Numbered from the stretch's first letter, positions 53,596 through 64,000 are shown. The stretch: DNA of 64,000 nucleotides from an uncultured delta proteobacterium (GCA_963782055.1 CAWAIF010000003.1:1248001-1312000), one strand, 5' to 3'. Notes: generated by a model not told the origin, from the sequence alone. Numbers and translations: made by a program.

Positions 53596-55673
53596 CGGGG
53601 ACCGATCGGGCGCAGGACCGTGCGGTCGAGCGCCACCGGAGCGCCCTGGGCGCCCAGCTCGAAGGGCAGGTCACGCGGCGGGAGGGTGACCTCGCGGGGA
53701 GGGAGGTCGAGGCAGGTGCCGGCGGGGCCGTCGTCCACCCACGACCAGCGGGCCAGGTCCTCCGTTCCAGCGTAAATCCTGGCGGATCCGCGGCCGTGGG
53801 TGTTCTGCAGCCACACGCGCGGGGTGACGAGGAAGCGGCCGTGGTGAGGGGAGGGGAGGGCGATGGTGACCGTGCCGGGGTGGGCTCCGGCGGGCATGAC
53901 GGTCAGCGCCTGGCCCCCGGAGACGCAGGTGCCGGCGGCCCAGGTGGGCTCGGCCCACGCACCCTGCTGGGCGAGGGGGGGCCAGTCGCTCTCGGCCTCG
54001 AAGCGCCACTGCTCGTAGCCGAGGTTGTCCGTCGCCGCGGGCGGCACGAAGGGCAGCAGCGTCACCACGCCATCGCCGTAGCGGTAGGCGCTCGTCGGGG
54101 GCTCGCCGAGGCGGTCGTAGACGAGACGATCGTGGTCGTCGTGGTGCAGGCGGGCGACGACGAGCCCCTCGGTCGGGCGGGCCTCCGGGTCGTGCGCGAG
54201 ATCGAAGCCGTGATCGGTGTCGACGAAGAGCAGGCCGTGATCGACGTGGTGCTCGGCGAGACGCTCAGGTTCGAACATGGGCCGGCCGCCCTCGCGCGAG
54301 GCCAGCGCGAGGTGCCCGAAGGCGGCGTGCAGGGCGAAGCCGGCGCACGCCAGGCCGAGCAGCGCGCCGAGCTTGCGCGCGAGCGCCACGCGGGGGAGCC
54401 ACGCGACGAGCGCCACCGCGAGGAGGGCGTGCTCGACGGGCAGCACGTCGGCGTAGAAGCGCGCGCCGCCGCCGGGATAGTCGCCGTCGAAGTAGAAGGG
54501 CGCGTAGGCGAGGATCTGCAGGCCGACGAGGGCGAAGGCGACGCGGGCGACCGGCCGCGCGCGGACCTCGTGCACGAGGGCGGGCAGCGCGAGCAGGAGC
54601 ACCGGCCACGCGTTGAGGGCGTCGGAGACGTGAAGGTGAAGGCGGCGCGCGGTGGTGCCGATCGCCGCGACGAGGCCGTAGCCGTGCTGCAGGTGCGCGC
54701 GCACGAAGTCGCCGTGCTCGTGGAGGCACCCGACGCCGGCGCCGAAGCCGTAGCGGAAGCAGCCGGGCGGGCCGTCGGAGACGGCGTAGTAGGCGCGCTG
54801 GGTGGAGGCGAGCCAGTGGCCGGTGCCGAGGTGCTGCGCCTGCAGGAGCAGCGCGAGGCCGGGCAGGGCGGCGGCGACGAGGCGCGGAGTGGCGCGTCGC
54901 AGATCGCTCCGGGCGAGCCATCCGACGCACGCGCCGATGGGGAGCGCGGAGGCGGGGCGCGTGGCGGCCACGTACCCGACGGCGAGGCCGGCGAGAAGCC
55001 ACGGGCGCGTCGCGCCGGTGCGGCGCGCACGGAGGGCGGCGACGAGCGCGACGACCACGCCGAGGGCGGCGGCGCCGTGCGACATGGTGTCGGCCGTGTG
55101 GTAGCGGAGCGCGCCACACACGACCGAGAGGAGCACCGCGCCGCGCGCGGCGAGCTCGCGGTCCGGCTCCGGCAGGCCGTGGCCCAGCTCCCGCGCGAGC
55201 GCCCACGTCGCCACGACGAGCGCGGCGGCGAGCACCGGACCGACCACCATGGGCGCGCCCACGAGGAAGCCGGCGGCGAGCAGGAGCGGGTAGCCGGGCG
55301 GGAAGATGCCGGCCATCACGCCGTCGTGGAAGAGCAGGAAGCGGCCGCGGAAGCTGGCGCTCGGCGTGGGCACCGCCCAGGCGAGTCGCCCGTGGGAGAG
55401 GGCGCGCCCCTGCAGGTAGTAGGCAGTCGCGTCGACGATGCGGGGGCCGCCGTGCAGGTAGTGGTCGACGTAGAGCAGCGACAGGAGGGTCGCGGCGATC
55501 GCGGCGCCCGCGACGAAGCGGCGAGATGGTTGACGCATCAACGAATCGCGCAGCGCGGCCGGAAAGAGCGCCGCGGCCGCGAGCAGGAGTACGCCCAGGA
55601 CCAGCGCCGCCCACGCCGCGCCGTCGGGCGGCGCGCCCCACGGCCCCATCAGCTTCAGCAGCGCGTGTCCCAC
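53592..55673 (-). CDS. GT-C fold (PMT-like) membrane glycosyltransferase
   Basis: Multi-TM. IVDATAYYLQGR and FPPGYPLLLA motifs, GGGARFY and a C-terminal periplasmic domain. Start GTG 55673 or ATG 55649. Confidence 0.65.
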   Translation of the reverse strand: MGHALLKLMGPWGAPPDGAAWAALVLGVLLLAAAALFPAALRDSLMRQPSRRFVAGAAIAATLLSLLYVDHYLHGGPRIVDATAYYLQGRALSHGRLAWAVPTPSASFRGRFLLFHDGVMAGIFPPGYPLLLAAGFLVGAPMVVGPVLAAALVVATWALARELGHGLPEPDRELAARGAVLLSVVCGALRYHTADTMSHGAAALGVVVALVAALRARRTGATRPWLLAGLAVGYVAATRPASALPIGACVGWLARSDLRRATPRLVAAALPGLALLLQAQHLGTGHWLASTQRAYYAVSDGPPGCFRYGFGAGVGCLHEHGDFVRAHLQHGYGLVAAIGTTARRLHLHVSDALNAWPVLLLALPALVHEVRARPVARVAFALVGLQILAYAPFYFDGDYPGGGARFYADVLPVEHALLAVALVAWLPRVALARKLGALLGLACAGFALHAAFGHLALASREGGRPMFEPERLAEHHVDHGLLFVDTDHGFDLAHDPEARPTEGLVVARLHHDDHDRLVYDRLGEPPTSAYRYGDGVVTLLPFVPPAATDNLGYEQWRFEAESDWPPLAQQGAWAEPTWAAGTCVSGGQALTVMPAGAHPGTVTIALPSPHHGRFLVTPRVWLQNTHGRGSARIYAGTEDLARWSWVDDGPAGTCLDLPPREVTLPPRDLPFELGAQGAPVALDRTVLRPIGPR

Positions 55674-57928
55674 TACTGCGCCACCCACACGTGGTAGTCG
55701 AGGAAATCGCCCGGGCCGTCGTTCTGGAGGCGCAGGTCCATCGAGGAGCGCACGGCGCTCGCCGGGATGGTCAGCGTCTTCTCGACCCAGCCGTCGGCGG
55801 CCGTGAAGTCCAGCGCGCCGACGACCTGCCCGCCGGCCAGGACGCGCACGTGCGCCGGCACGTTCGGTGCCGAGCGAACGATCAGCGTCGCGGCGGCGCC
55901 CGGCCGCAGGTGACCGAGGCGCATCGACTCCCCGCGTCCTCCGGAGATGCGGCGGCCGGCGTCGAAGAAGTCCTGCGTGGCGTCCGCGGGGTCCTGGAGG
56001 ATCTTCATCTCCGTCCATCCGCCGGCGGGGTGGGGGAAGACGTAGCGGTGCTCGCGCTCGCTCACCAGGTCGGCGACGTCCACCGAGTCGACGACGCGCC
56101 CCGACAGCGCCGCGCGCGGCCTGTCCCCCTTGCCGAGCGGGCTCCAGTCGGCGGTGTAGAGCACGTCCTCGTAGCCGCCGCAGATGACGTTGCCGTGCGC
56201 CGGGACGCGGGCGACGACGTCGTGAGCGAACCACGTCGGGAGCACGCCCCACCACGACGGGTAGATGGCGAACATGTCGGGGCGGTCTGCCGGCGGCATC
56301 CGCTCGATGAGCTCGATGGACGCCGGGAGGCCCTGCACGCCCGCGCGCGCGAAGGGCAGGTCGTGGTAGCCGCCGAGGCCGATGATGTCGAGGCCGGGGC
56401 GGCCGGAGGCGTACATGAGCGCGCCGGCGTCGCCCACCAGCACGCGGTGCGGGTGGAGCTGGGCGAGCATGCGCCCCGCGACGATGTGCTGATCGCGGAT
56501 GTTGCGGCACGCGCGGCCGAAGAACCACTTCTGGTCGCGCATCTTGCTCACCTGGTGGTCGTGCGCGAGGAAGAGCGCGGCGGCGACGGCGAGCGCGCGC
56601 GCGGGCCAGAAGCGCAGCACCAGGGCGACGCCCAGCCCCGCGCCCGCGGCGTACGCGAGCGGCACGCGCAGCGACGGCATGGTCCCGGCGGGGCGCGTGA
56701 CGATGCCCACCAGCTCCACCGCCGCGGTGCCAGCGAGCAGGCCGAAGACCACGCTCGGGCGGCCGAGTCGGCGGAGCATGGCGGCGGCGCCGAGGGCGGC
56801 GAGGGTGAGCAGCCACGCGACCGCGGGCATGGTGTAGCGCTCGTTCTGCCAGCGCACCTGTCCGTTGAAGGCGACGAGCAGCAGCCAGCCGGCGATCTGC
56901 AGCCAGAGCAGCACGCCCACGCGGCGCGTGGCGGGGACGGCGAGCGCGGCGAGCGCGAGCGCGGGCACCAGGAACCCGAGCGCGGGCGCGTCGGTGAAGT
57001 GGTACTCGACGTTGCGCAGCACCGTGTAGGTCAGGTTGAAGGTGTAGTCGGCGAGCTTCTCGCGCGGCAGCATGAAGGGGTTGTTGAGCGCCAGCTTCAC
57101 GATGGCGCCGTTGGCGCTGTACTCGCCGGTGAAGGCGCGGTTGGCGAGCGTCTGCAGCACGAGGAAGGCGACGCCCGGCGCCCCGACGCGCAGGAGCATC
57201 GCTGCGCGCTCGCTCGCGCGGAGCCGGTCCTTGCGCCAGAACGCTGCCACCAGGCCAAAGACGGCGACCGTCGTCGCCGCCTCGGGGCGCGTGGCGACGA
57301 GCAGCAGGCACCACGCGCCGAGCGCCCACGCGCGGCCGCGCAGCTCCCGGCCGCGCGCGTCGTCCAGGGCGAAGAAGGCGAGCAGCGCGCATGCCCACAC
57401 GCCCAGGAAGAACGCCACCTCCATGCCGCTCCAGAGCGACCAGTCCAGCGCGCCCAGGCCGAGCAGGACCGGAGGCAGGAGGTAGGAGAGCCAGCGCATC
57501 CCCTCGCCGCGGCCCGAGGCGCTGCGCAGGAAGAGGGAGCGTCCGGCGAGCAGGGTGCCGAAGGTGCACACCATCGCCAGGAGCGCGGCCCACTTCATCA
57601 GGGCGAGATCGTGGAAGCCGAGGACGTAGCCGAGCGCGAGGACGAAGGGGTAGGTGACGCTGGTGTTGCCGGAGGAGTAGCCGTTTCCGGCGACCCACTC
57701 GAAGGGGTGGCCCTGGGCGATCGCGCGGGCGTAGTCGAAGTGGATGAAGACGTCGTCGAGCGGCGCCGACCACTCGCCGCCGGTCTGCTTCATCATGAAG
57801 CCGTAGAAGAGCCGCGCGGAGGCGAGCGTGCAGTACGCCGCCCACAGCGCGTAGAGCGCGGGGTCCACACGCCGGAGCGCGAGCTCCAGCCTCTTCGCGT
57901 GGCCGGCGAGCCCGGCAGGTCGCAGCAC
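55673..57928 (-). CDS. GT-C fold membrane glycosyltransferase
   Basis: LDDVFIHFDYAR, SGNTS, SGMEV, TRPE, ERY and GDAGAL..LDIIGL motifs. Multi-TM. Confidence 0.7.
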   Translation of the reverse strand: MLRPAGLAGHAKRLELALRRVDPALYALWAAYCTLASARLFYGFMMKQTGGEWSAPLDDVFIHFDYARAIAQGHPFEWVAGNGYSSGNTSVTYPFVLALGYVLGFHDLALMKWAALLAMVCTFGTLLAGRSLFLRSASGRGEGMRWLSYLLPPVLLGLGALDWSLWSGMEVAFFLGVWACALLAFFALDDARGRELRGRAWALGAWCLLLVATRPEAATTVAVFGLVAAFWRKDRLRASERAAMLLRVGAPGVAFLVLQTLANRAFTGEYSANGAIVKLALNNPFMLPREKLADYTFNLTYTVLRNVEYHFTDAPALGFLVPALALAALAVPATRRVGVLLWLQIAGWLLLVAFNGQVRWQNERYTMPAVAWLLTLAALGAAAMLRRLGRPSVVFGLLAGTAAVELVGIVTRPAGTMPSLRVPLAYAAGAGLGVALVLRFWPARALAVAAALFLAHDHQVSKMRDQKWFFGRACRNIRDQHIVAGRMLAQLHPHRVLVGDAGALMYASGRPGLDIIGLGGYHDLPFARAGVQGLPASIELIERMPPADRPDMFAIYPSWWGVLPTWFAHDVVARVPAHGNVICGGYEDVLYTADWSPLGKGDRPRAALSGRVVDSVDVADLVSEREHRYVFPHPAGGWTEMKILQDPADATQDFFDAGRRISGGRGESMRLGHLRPGAAATLIVRSAPNVPAHVRVLAGGQVVGALDFTAADGWVEKTLTIPASAVRSSMDLRLQNDGPGDFLDYHVWVAQ

Positions 57929-58024
57929 GTCCGCTCGTATAGCAAACGCGGCGTCCGGGCCGAAGCCGGAGCCGAAACGGCCGAGCTATCCCTGGCGGGC
58001 GAGGGGAGATAGGACTGATCTTTC

Positions 58025-58477
58025 ATGCCTGCGACGGATCCCATCGACACCTCCCGCGAGGCGCCTCCGCACCTCGTGCAGGCCGGGATCGTCGTGCGCG
58101 TGGTGATCGCCATCGCCATGGTCCTGACGGCCTTCTTGCCGTGGGCGACGGCCCCCGACGGGACGCCGGTCACGGGCGAGGAGTGGTACGGCGCCGGCGT
58201 GCTCGCCCTCTGCGGCGGCATGCTCCTGAGCGCGCTGCTCCCGCTGGGCTCGCGGAGGGCACAGATCGGCCTGGCGAGCGCCATCTCCACCGCCCTCTTC
58301 GCGCTGGGCGCCCTCTGGCTGGCCACCGGCCCGGTGCGCCACGGCGGCCAGACGCTGGTGCGCACACGCGTGCCTCACCTCTTCAAGGACATGGCGTGGG
58401 TCGCCTTCGCGGTGGCCGTCTGGCAGACGTACGTGCACGCCTTCGCGCTCTCCCAGGCGCGCAAATCTCGCCGCTGA
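58025..58477 (+). CDS. Hypothetical 4-TM membrane protein
   Basis: Four hydrophobic segments and FLPWA motif. Confidence 0.65.
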   Translation: MPATDPIDTSREAPPHLVQAGIVVRVVIAIAMVLTAFLPWATAPDGTPVTGEEWYGAGVLALCGGMLLSALLPLGSRRAQIGLASAISTALFALGALWLATGPVRHGGQTLVRTRVPHLFKDMAWVAFAVAVWQTYVHAFALSQARKSRR

Positions 58478-58540
58478 GCATCGTGGAGTGGCCGCTGCCG
58501 GTTGCGGCTGGGCCGCCGCGCGACTAATCCCAATCCGCCG

Positions 58541-61159
58541 ATGCGTTCGCTCCACACGAGATGGGCCGTCCTCGCGAGCGCGGCCGCCGTGCTGTGGGCG
58601 TCCGGGGCGTCCGCGCAGGGATTTGGCGGGGTAGTCCCGCCGGCGGACACCGGCGGGGTCACGCCCGCGCCCGCGCCCCCCAAGGTCACCCTGCCGGTGA
58701 TCCAGAAGGACGAGGGCGCCGTGTACCCGGAGCAGGCGCTCAAGGACGACGTGCGCGCGCCGGTGACGGTGGTGCTGGTGCTCACCATCGACGCCACCGG
58801 CCACGTCATCGACGCGAAGGTGGAGGCCCCGCAGGGCCACGGCTTCGACGAGTCGGCGCTCGCCGCCGCGAAGGCGATCCAGTTCGCCCCCGCGACGAAA
58901 GACGGCAAGCCGATGGCGGCGCGGATCAAGCACAAGTACGTCTTCTTGCCGCCGCCCGGCGTGCTGGACGGCCGCGTGACGACCGAGACCGGCCGGCCGA
59001 TCCCCGGGGCGTCGCTCGTGATCACCGACGACAAGGGCAAGCGGAGCGTCGCCACGACCGACGCGCGGGGCACCTTCCGGCTGGAGAGCCTGCCCCTCGG
59101 CGCGTACCACATCGCGCTGACCGCCGAGGGCTTCGTCGGCCAGGAGGCGGACGAGGACGTCGGGCCGGGCGAGGAGGTGAAGGAGATCTTTCGCCTCGCG
59201 CGCAAGCAGGAGAAGCCCGAGAAGGTGGTGAAGCCGCCCCCCGGCGCCGCGGGCGGCGAGATCGAGGACGTCTACGTGCGCGGCAAGCGCCCCGCGCGCG
59301 AGGTGACACGGCGCACGCTCGACCAGCGGGAGCTGCTGCGCTCACCGGGCACCAACGGCGACGCGCTGCGGGCGCTGCAGAACATGCCGGGCATCGCGCG
59401 GCCGCCGGGCATCGCGGGGATCCTCATCGTGCGCGGGTCGTCGCCGCAGGACACGCAGATCTTCGTCGACGGCACCAACATCCCGCTCGTCTACCACTTC
59501 GGCGGCCTCTCCTCCGTGGTGCCGACCGAGCTGCTCGACAAGATCGACTTCTACCCGGGCAACTTCAGCACCATGTACGGGCGCGCCACCGGCGGCATCG
59601 TCGACGTGGGCGTGCGCTCGCCCAAGACCGACAAGCTGCACGGGATGGCGCAGGTGGATCTCATCGACGCGCGTGTCCTGGCGGAGGGCCCCATCGGCAA
59701 GGGCTGGAGCTTCGAGGTCGCGGGGCGCCGCTCGTGGGTGGACGCGTGGCTCAAGCCCGTACTGGAGGCGACAGGCGCCGGCGTCTCCACCGCGCCTGTC
59801 TATTACGACTGGCAGGCGCTGCTCCAGAAGAACTTCGCCAAGGAGCACTACCTGCGTGTCTTCTTCTTCGGCAGCGACGACAGGCTGGATCTGCTCATCA
59901 AGGACGCCAACGGCCGCGACCCCACCCTGACCGGCGAGACCAGCTTCCACACCAACTTCTGGCGGGTGCAGGCGCTCTACAAGAACCGCATCTCCAGCAA
60001 GACCGAGCTCAAGGCCCTCGCCGCCTTCGGCGAGGACAAGATCGACTTCTCCCTCGGCAACATCTTCTTCACCCTGGAGAGCTATCCGCTCTCCGGTCGG
60101 GTGGAGCTCTCGCAGAAGATCGCCTCCCGCGTGACCGCCAACGTGGGCGTCGACATGCTCTGGGCGCCGTACAACGTCTCGGCGCGCCTGCCGGCGCCGC
60201 CCCCGCCGGGCCAGCCGTCGGGCGGCACCTTCGGAAGCCGGCCGCCGCTGGACGAGTCGCAGAGCGGGGCGCAGTACGCGCCGGCGATGTACACCGAGCT
60301 GGAGCTGACGCCGTGGCACGGGGCGCGCATCGTCCCCGGCCTGCGCCTGGACTACACCAAGGTGACCGGCCGCTACGACTTCGCGCCGCGCGTCGTGGTG
60401 CGACAGGACATCGGCCCGGCCTTCCCGCGCACCACCGTCAAGGGCGGCGTGGGCGTCTTCTACGAGCCGCCGCTGCCGCAGCAGAGCGACCCGGTCTTCG
60501 GCCAGCTCGGGCTCAAGTCGGAGCGCGCCATCCAGTACGACGTGGGCGTGGAGCGCGAGTTCACCAAGAACCTGGAGGCCTCCGTCGAGGGCTTCTACAA
60601 GCAGCTCGACGATCTGGTGGCGACGGGCAACGGCAACGCGGGACAGGGCTGGGTCTACGGCCTGGAGACGCTCATCCGCTACAAGCCGGACAAGCACTTC
60701 TTCGGGTGGATCGCCTACACGCTCTCGCGCAGCACCCGGCGCGACCTGCCCGGCCAGCCGATCCGCACCGCGCCCTTCGACCAGACGCACATCCTGACGA
60801 TCCTGGGCAGCTACCGGTTCGGGCACGGCTGGGAGGTGGGCGCGCGCTTCCGGCTGGTGAGCGGCAACCCCACGACGCCCGACGCGTACGGCTTCTACGA
60901 CGCCAACACAGGCAGCTACCTGCCGCTCTCCGGGTACCCGCCCAACGGCGACCGGCTGCCCCTCTTCCACCAGCTCGACCTGCGCGTCGACAAGACCTGG
61001 CAGTTCAAGGCGTGGAAGCTCGGCGTCTACGCCGACGTGCAGAACGTCTACAACGCGGGCAACGTGGAGGGCACGAGCTACAACTACAACTACACGCAGC
61101 GCACGTACGCCACGGGCCTGCCGTTCTTGCCGAGCATCGGCCTGCGCGGGGAGTTCTAA
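58541..61159 (+). CDS. TonB-dependent receptor with N-terminal TonB_C and carboxypeptidase-regulatory-like domains
   Basis: YPEQA..GFDESALAA..FAPA (TonB_C), plug motifs (LQNMPGI, VRGSSP, IDFYPGNF..YG..TGG) and beta barrel ending GLRGEF. Confidence 0.9.
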   Translation: MRSLHTRWAVLASAAAVLWASGASAQGFGGVVPPADTGGVTPAPAPPKVTLPVIQKDEGAVYPEQALKDDVRAPVTVVLVLTIDATGHVIDAKVEAPQGHGFDESALAAAKAIQFAPATKDGKPMAARIKHKYVFLPPPGVLDGRVTTETGRPIPGASLVITDDKGKRSVATTDARGTFRLESLPLGAYHIALTAEGFVGQEADEDVGPGEEVKEIFRLARKQEKPEKVVKPPPGAAGGEIEDVYVRGKRPAREVTRRTLDQRELLRSPGTNGDALRALQNMPGIARPPGIAGILIVRGSSPQDTQIFVDGTNIPLVYHFGGLSSVVPTELLDKIDFYPGNFSTMYGRATGGIVDVGVRSPKTDKLHGMAQVDLIDARVLAEGPIGKGWSFEVAGRRSWVDAWLKPVLEATGAGVSTAPVYYDWQALLQKNFAKEHYLRVFFFGSDDRLDLLIKDANGRDPTLTGETSFHTNFWRVQALYKNRISSKTELKALAAFGEDKIDFSLGNIFFTLESYPLSGRVELSQKIASRVTANVGVDMLWAPYNVSARLPAPPPPGQPSGGTFGSRPPLDESQSGAQYAPAMYTELELTPWHGARIVPGLRLDYTKVTGRYDFAPRVVVRQDIGPAFPRTTVKGGVGVFYEPPLPQQSDPVFGQLGLKSERAIQYDVGVEREFTKNLEASVEGFYKQLDDLVATGNGNAGQGWVYGLETLIRYKPDKHFFGWIAYTLSRSTRRDLPGQPIRTAPFDQTHILTILGSYRFGHGWEVGARFRLVSGNPTTPDAYGFYDANTGSYLPLSGYPPNGDRLPLFHQLDLRVDKTWQFKAWKLGVYADVQNVYNAGNVEGTSYNYNYTQRTYATGLPFLPSIGLRGEF

Positions 61160-61162
61160 GCG

Positions 61163-62224
61163 ATGAAGCGCACGCTCGCGAAGATCACGGCCACACTGGC
61201 GCTCTCCGGCGCCGCGGCGGGGGTGCTGGGCGCCGCGGCGTGCGGGCCGGCGGGCTTCGACCCGGCGTCCGACGTCCAGACCGTCCGCGTCTTCGCCGCG
61301 CGCGCGGACAAGCCCTACGCGAAGCCCGGGGATACGGTGAACGTGGACCTGTACGCCTACGACGGGCGCCCCGCGCCGACGACGGCGATGAAGATCTACT
61401 GGCTGCCCTTCGTCTGCAAGGATCCGCCGGGTGACGTGTATTATGCATGCTTCAGCGCGCTCCTCGCCGGCGCGGGCGACGGCGGGGCGGGCGAGGCCGG
61501 CGCGGGCGACGGCGGGCTGCCGCCCATCTTCCAGAGCGGCTTCGACATCACCGACTTCCTCGTCCAGGGCTCGCGCTTCACCTTCAAGATGCCCCAGGAC
61601 GTCATCACGGCGCACCGGGTGGTGCAGGGCGCGGCCGAGCCCTACGGCATCGCCTTCGTCTTCGCCATCGCCTGCGCGGGGCGCGTGCGGATCGCCCCCA
61701 TCGACCCGAACAACATCGACCCGCAGAAGGTGCCCATCGGCTGCTACGACGACCAGGGCAACGCGCTCGGGCCGGACGACTACGTCATCGCCTTCTCCCG
61801 GGTGTACGCCTACCAGAGCGCGACCAACACGAACCCGGAGATCGACGGCGTCACCTTCGACGGCAAGCCGGTGGACCTCAACGCGGGGGTGGTGGTCGAC
61901 CGCTGCAGGTCGAAGAACAACCTGGACTGCGCGCACAAGTTCAACGTGAACGTGCCCGACTCGAGCTGGGAGCTGGCGACCGGCACGCCCGCGCAGCCGG
62001 ACGGCACGCAGCTCCACGAGCAGGTGTACGCGCAGTACTACTGGACACTCCCGCAGACGACGTCCGACGGGCGGCTGCTCTTCGACCCGTCGACCGGCCG
62101 CGTGCCCGACAGCGACAACAAGTTCCTGCCGCCGTACGGGCCGAGCGAGGGGCGGATCTTCGTGGTGGTGCACGACAACCGCGGCGGCGCGAACTGGGTG
62201 GACTTCCCGGTGTACGTGCGGTGA
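61163..62224 (+). CDS. Lipoprotein partner of the TonB-dependent receptor
   Basis: Lipobox AAAC. RVFAARADKP, NTNPEI and VVVHDNRGGANW. Starts 3 bp after the receptor. Confidence 0.8.
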   Translation: MKRTLAKITATLALSGAAAGVLGAAACGPAGFDPASDVQTVRVFAARADKPYAKPGDTVNVDLYAYDGRPAPTTAMKIYWLPFVCKDPPGDVYYACFSALLAGAGDGGAGEAGAGDGGLPPIFQSGFDITDFLVQGSRFTFKMPQDVITAHRVVQGAAEPYGIAFVFAIACAGRVRIAPIDPNNIDPQKVPIGCYDDQGNALGPDDYVIAFSRVYAYQSATNTNPEIDGVTFDGKPVDLNAGVVVDRCRSKNNLDCAHKFNVNVPDSSWELATGTPAQPDGTQLHEQVYAQYYWTLPQTTSDGRLLFDPSTGRVPDSDNKFLPPYGPSEGRIFVVVHDNRGGANWVDFPVYVR

Positions 62225-62357
62225 CGGGGCAGCACCACCCACAAGGGAGTACGACCTAGCACGAATCGGATCAGCCGACCCGCTTCCGGCTTGCGCCACG
62301 GCCGAGCCAGGTTCACTCTTTGGACCGAGACCAGTGACCAGAAGAGAGGGGGGCGGC

Positions 62358-64000
62358 ATGGCGCTCGCAGGGCAGGGCAGGGCAGGGGGGCAGGGCAGGG
62401 CAAGCTCGATGGCCACTTGCGTTGATGGTGCTGGCCTGCGCGTCCTGTAGCAGCGGCGCAGGCGTCGCGAGCAACCGCTCTCCGCTCCAGCGGCCCATCG
62501 AGGGCGGTGCCAGCATCGAGGGCCGTCCCGGCGCTCAAGATACCTCCACGAGCGCGGCCCAGGCCGGCTTTGTTCAGACCAGCGGCCTCGCAGCGGTCAT
62601 CGGCGCCGGAGACGCGAGCCCGTGGATCACCGGGACCCCAAACTACGTCTATCACTACGGCAACGACTACGCCCCGCCGCGAAGCTGGCACCGGCAGGAG
62701 GATGCGCCGCAGAGCTGCACGTTCCCGGGAGTGACCCGGGCCTCGTTCAGCACGAGCTCCCTGGCCGTCTCACCGGAGGGCACGCCGTGGGAGATCGACA
62801 GCAACGGCACGGTCTGGAAGCACGCCGGAACGGGGCCGTATGAAGACAATTCTTGCTGGCTGCAGATGGGCACCACGGCGATGTACGAGGTGGGCGTCGG
62901 CGCGAACGATGTCGCGTTCGCGATCGGCCGGACAGGGTGCTCCAGCGAGAACTGCCCCATCTACAGGTGGACGGGGAGCTCGTGGCAGCAAACCTCCGGC
63001 GCCGCCAGCCACGTCGCGGTGGCGCCCGACGGGGCCGCGTACGTCAGCAACTACCAGGGCAGCATCTACGAGTGGGACGGCACCAGCACGTGGTATCCGT
63101 TCTACGGAGGGGGCTGCGTAAGCCACCTCGGTACGGGTGACACGCTCGGCTGGCCCGTCCTGGCGGCGGGGCCGAACGACGGGCTCTGGGTGATCGGCTG
63201 CAGCAGCGGCGGGAACGGCAATATCATCCAGGCATTCTTGAGGCAGGGCTCCTCCTGGAGCACGGTCCCGGGCGCGGCGGTGACGCTCTCGGTGAGCGCG
63301 GATGGGACACCGTGGATCGTCAATTCAGTACGGCAGATCTTCGAATACGTCAGCTCGTGGCAGCCCGTCGGCCCGCGGGGCTTCAACTTCGACGACAACG
63401 GGGTCAATCAGATCTACACGGGCGAGATCCACGACGTGGACGCCGCGCCGGCCAGTGGTGCGATCACCGTCGGCGTGACCTCCGGCGGCGTCTGGCAGAC
63501 ACCTCCGACGCTGGGCTGGGTCCCCATCGGGGACGTGGGTGCGGGCGTGCTCGCGCGACCTGGACCGATCAACTCCGTCGGAACCGTCGCGGTCAAGCCC
63601 ACCGATCAGAACACGGTCCTCGTCGGCACGGGCGTGGCCGGCTCCCTGAATGGCCCGAATGCCAGGGGCAACGGCATCTGGTGGACGGACAGCGCGGACG
63701 CCGTAGATGCCACCGGGCACCCCGATGTCCCGTGGACTCGCTCCATCTTGCACCTGGCGACCGGTGGCACGATCATCCCCGACACCGTCGTCAAGATCCG
63801 CTACAGTCACGACGCAACGTGGCTGTACGCCCTCACCCCCGACACGCTCTTCGTCTCCAACGACGACGGTCACAACTTCTACGAGGCGGGTTGGACCTGC
63901 GTGCACGGGACGGGACACGTCTTCACCGATCTCGTCGTCGACCCACAGAGCGCGCTCACCGCCTACATCGGGGTCTCGAGCGAAGGCGTCTACCAGACCA
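62358..64000 (+). CDS. Tectonin-like beta-propeller plus BNR-like propeller lipoprotein (3'-partial; start out of frame)
   Basis: The frame of ATG 62425 is open to the window end (absent from the ORF track). Repeats LAVSPEGTPW, IYRWTGSSWQQTSGAASHVAVAPDG and WSTVPGAAVTLSVSADGTPWIVN, then GGVWQT, VAVKP..NTVLVGTG and VSNDDG. Confidence 0.75.
62368..62400 (+). repeat. (CAGGG)4-GGG-(CAGGG)2 simple sequence repeat
   Basis: Read directly from the sequence, inside the putative signal-peptide coding region. Confidence 0.9.

Overview
High-GC chromosomal window with typical myxobacterial (Polyangiaceae-like) content, inferred from Cys-rich lipoproteins, Ser/Thr kinases, an MXAN_5808-type S41 protease and a TonB-fused receptor. 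About 47 CDS. Housekeeping genes include carB, malic enzyme, thiolase, pdxJ-acpS-nnr, pduO, a CarD-family regulator, tyrS and ihfB. The main signal is an apparently dispersed type III secretion system. A compact, visibly lower-GC four-gene operon (47184-49755) has the layout of a translocon: small ORF, Bsp22/EspA-like tip protein, then SctE-like and SctB-like translocators. An orphan SctO/FliJ-like stalk gene (13136-13615) is coupled to a lytic transglycosylase, and an orphan SctT export-gate gene lies at 30507-31241. Other points: addB and addA each carry a +1 frameshift; a tectonin/propeller lipoprotein at the right edge has its likely start out of frame across a (CAGGG)n tract; a histidine kinase is paired with a probable pseudokinase; an uncharacterised protein has four helical repeats; several sigma54-like promoters are present. 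No rRNA, tRNA, CRISPR array or transposase was recognised. All family assignments come from motif recognition by eye, not database searches.
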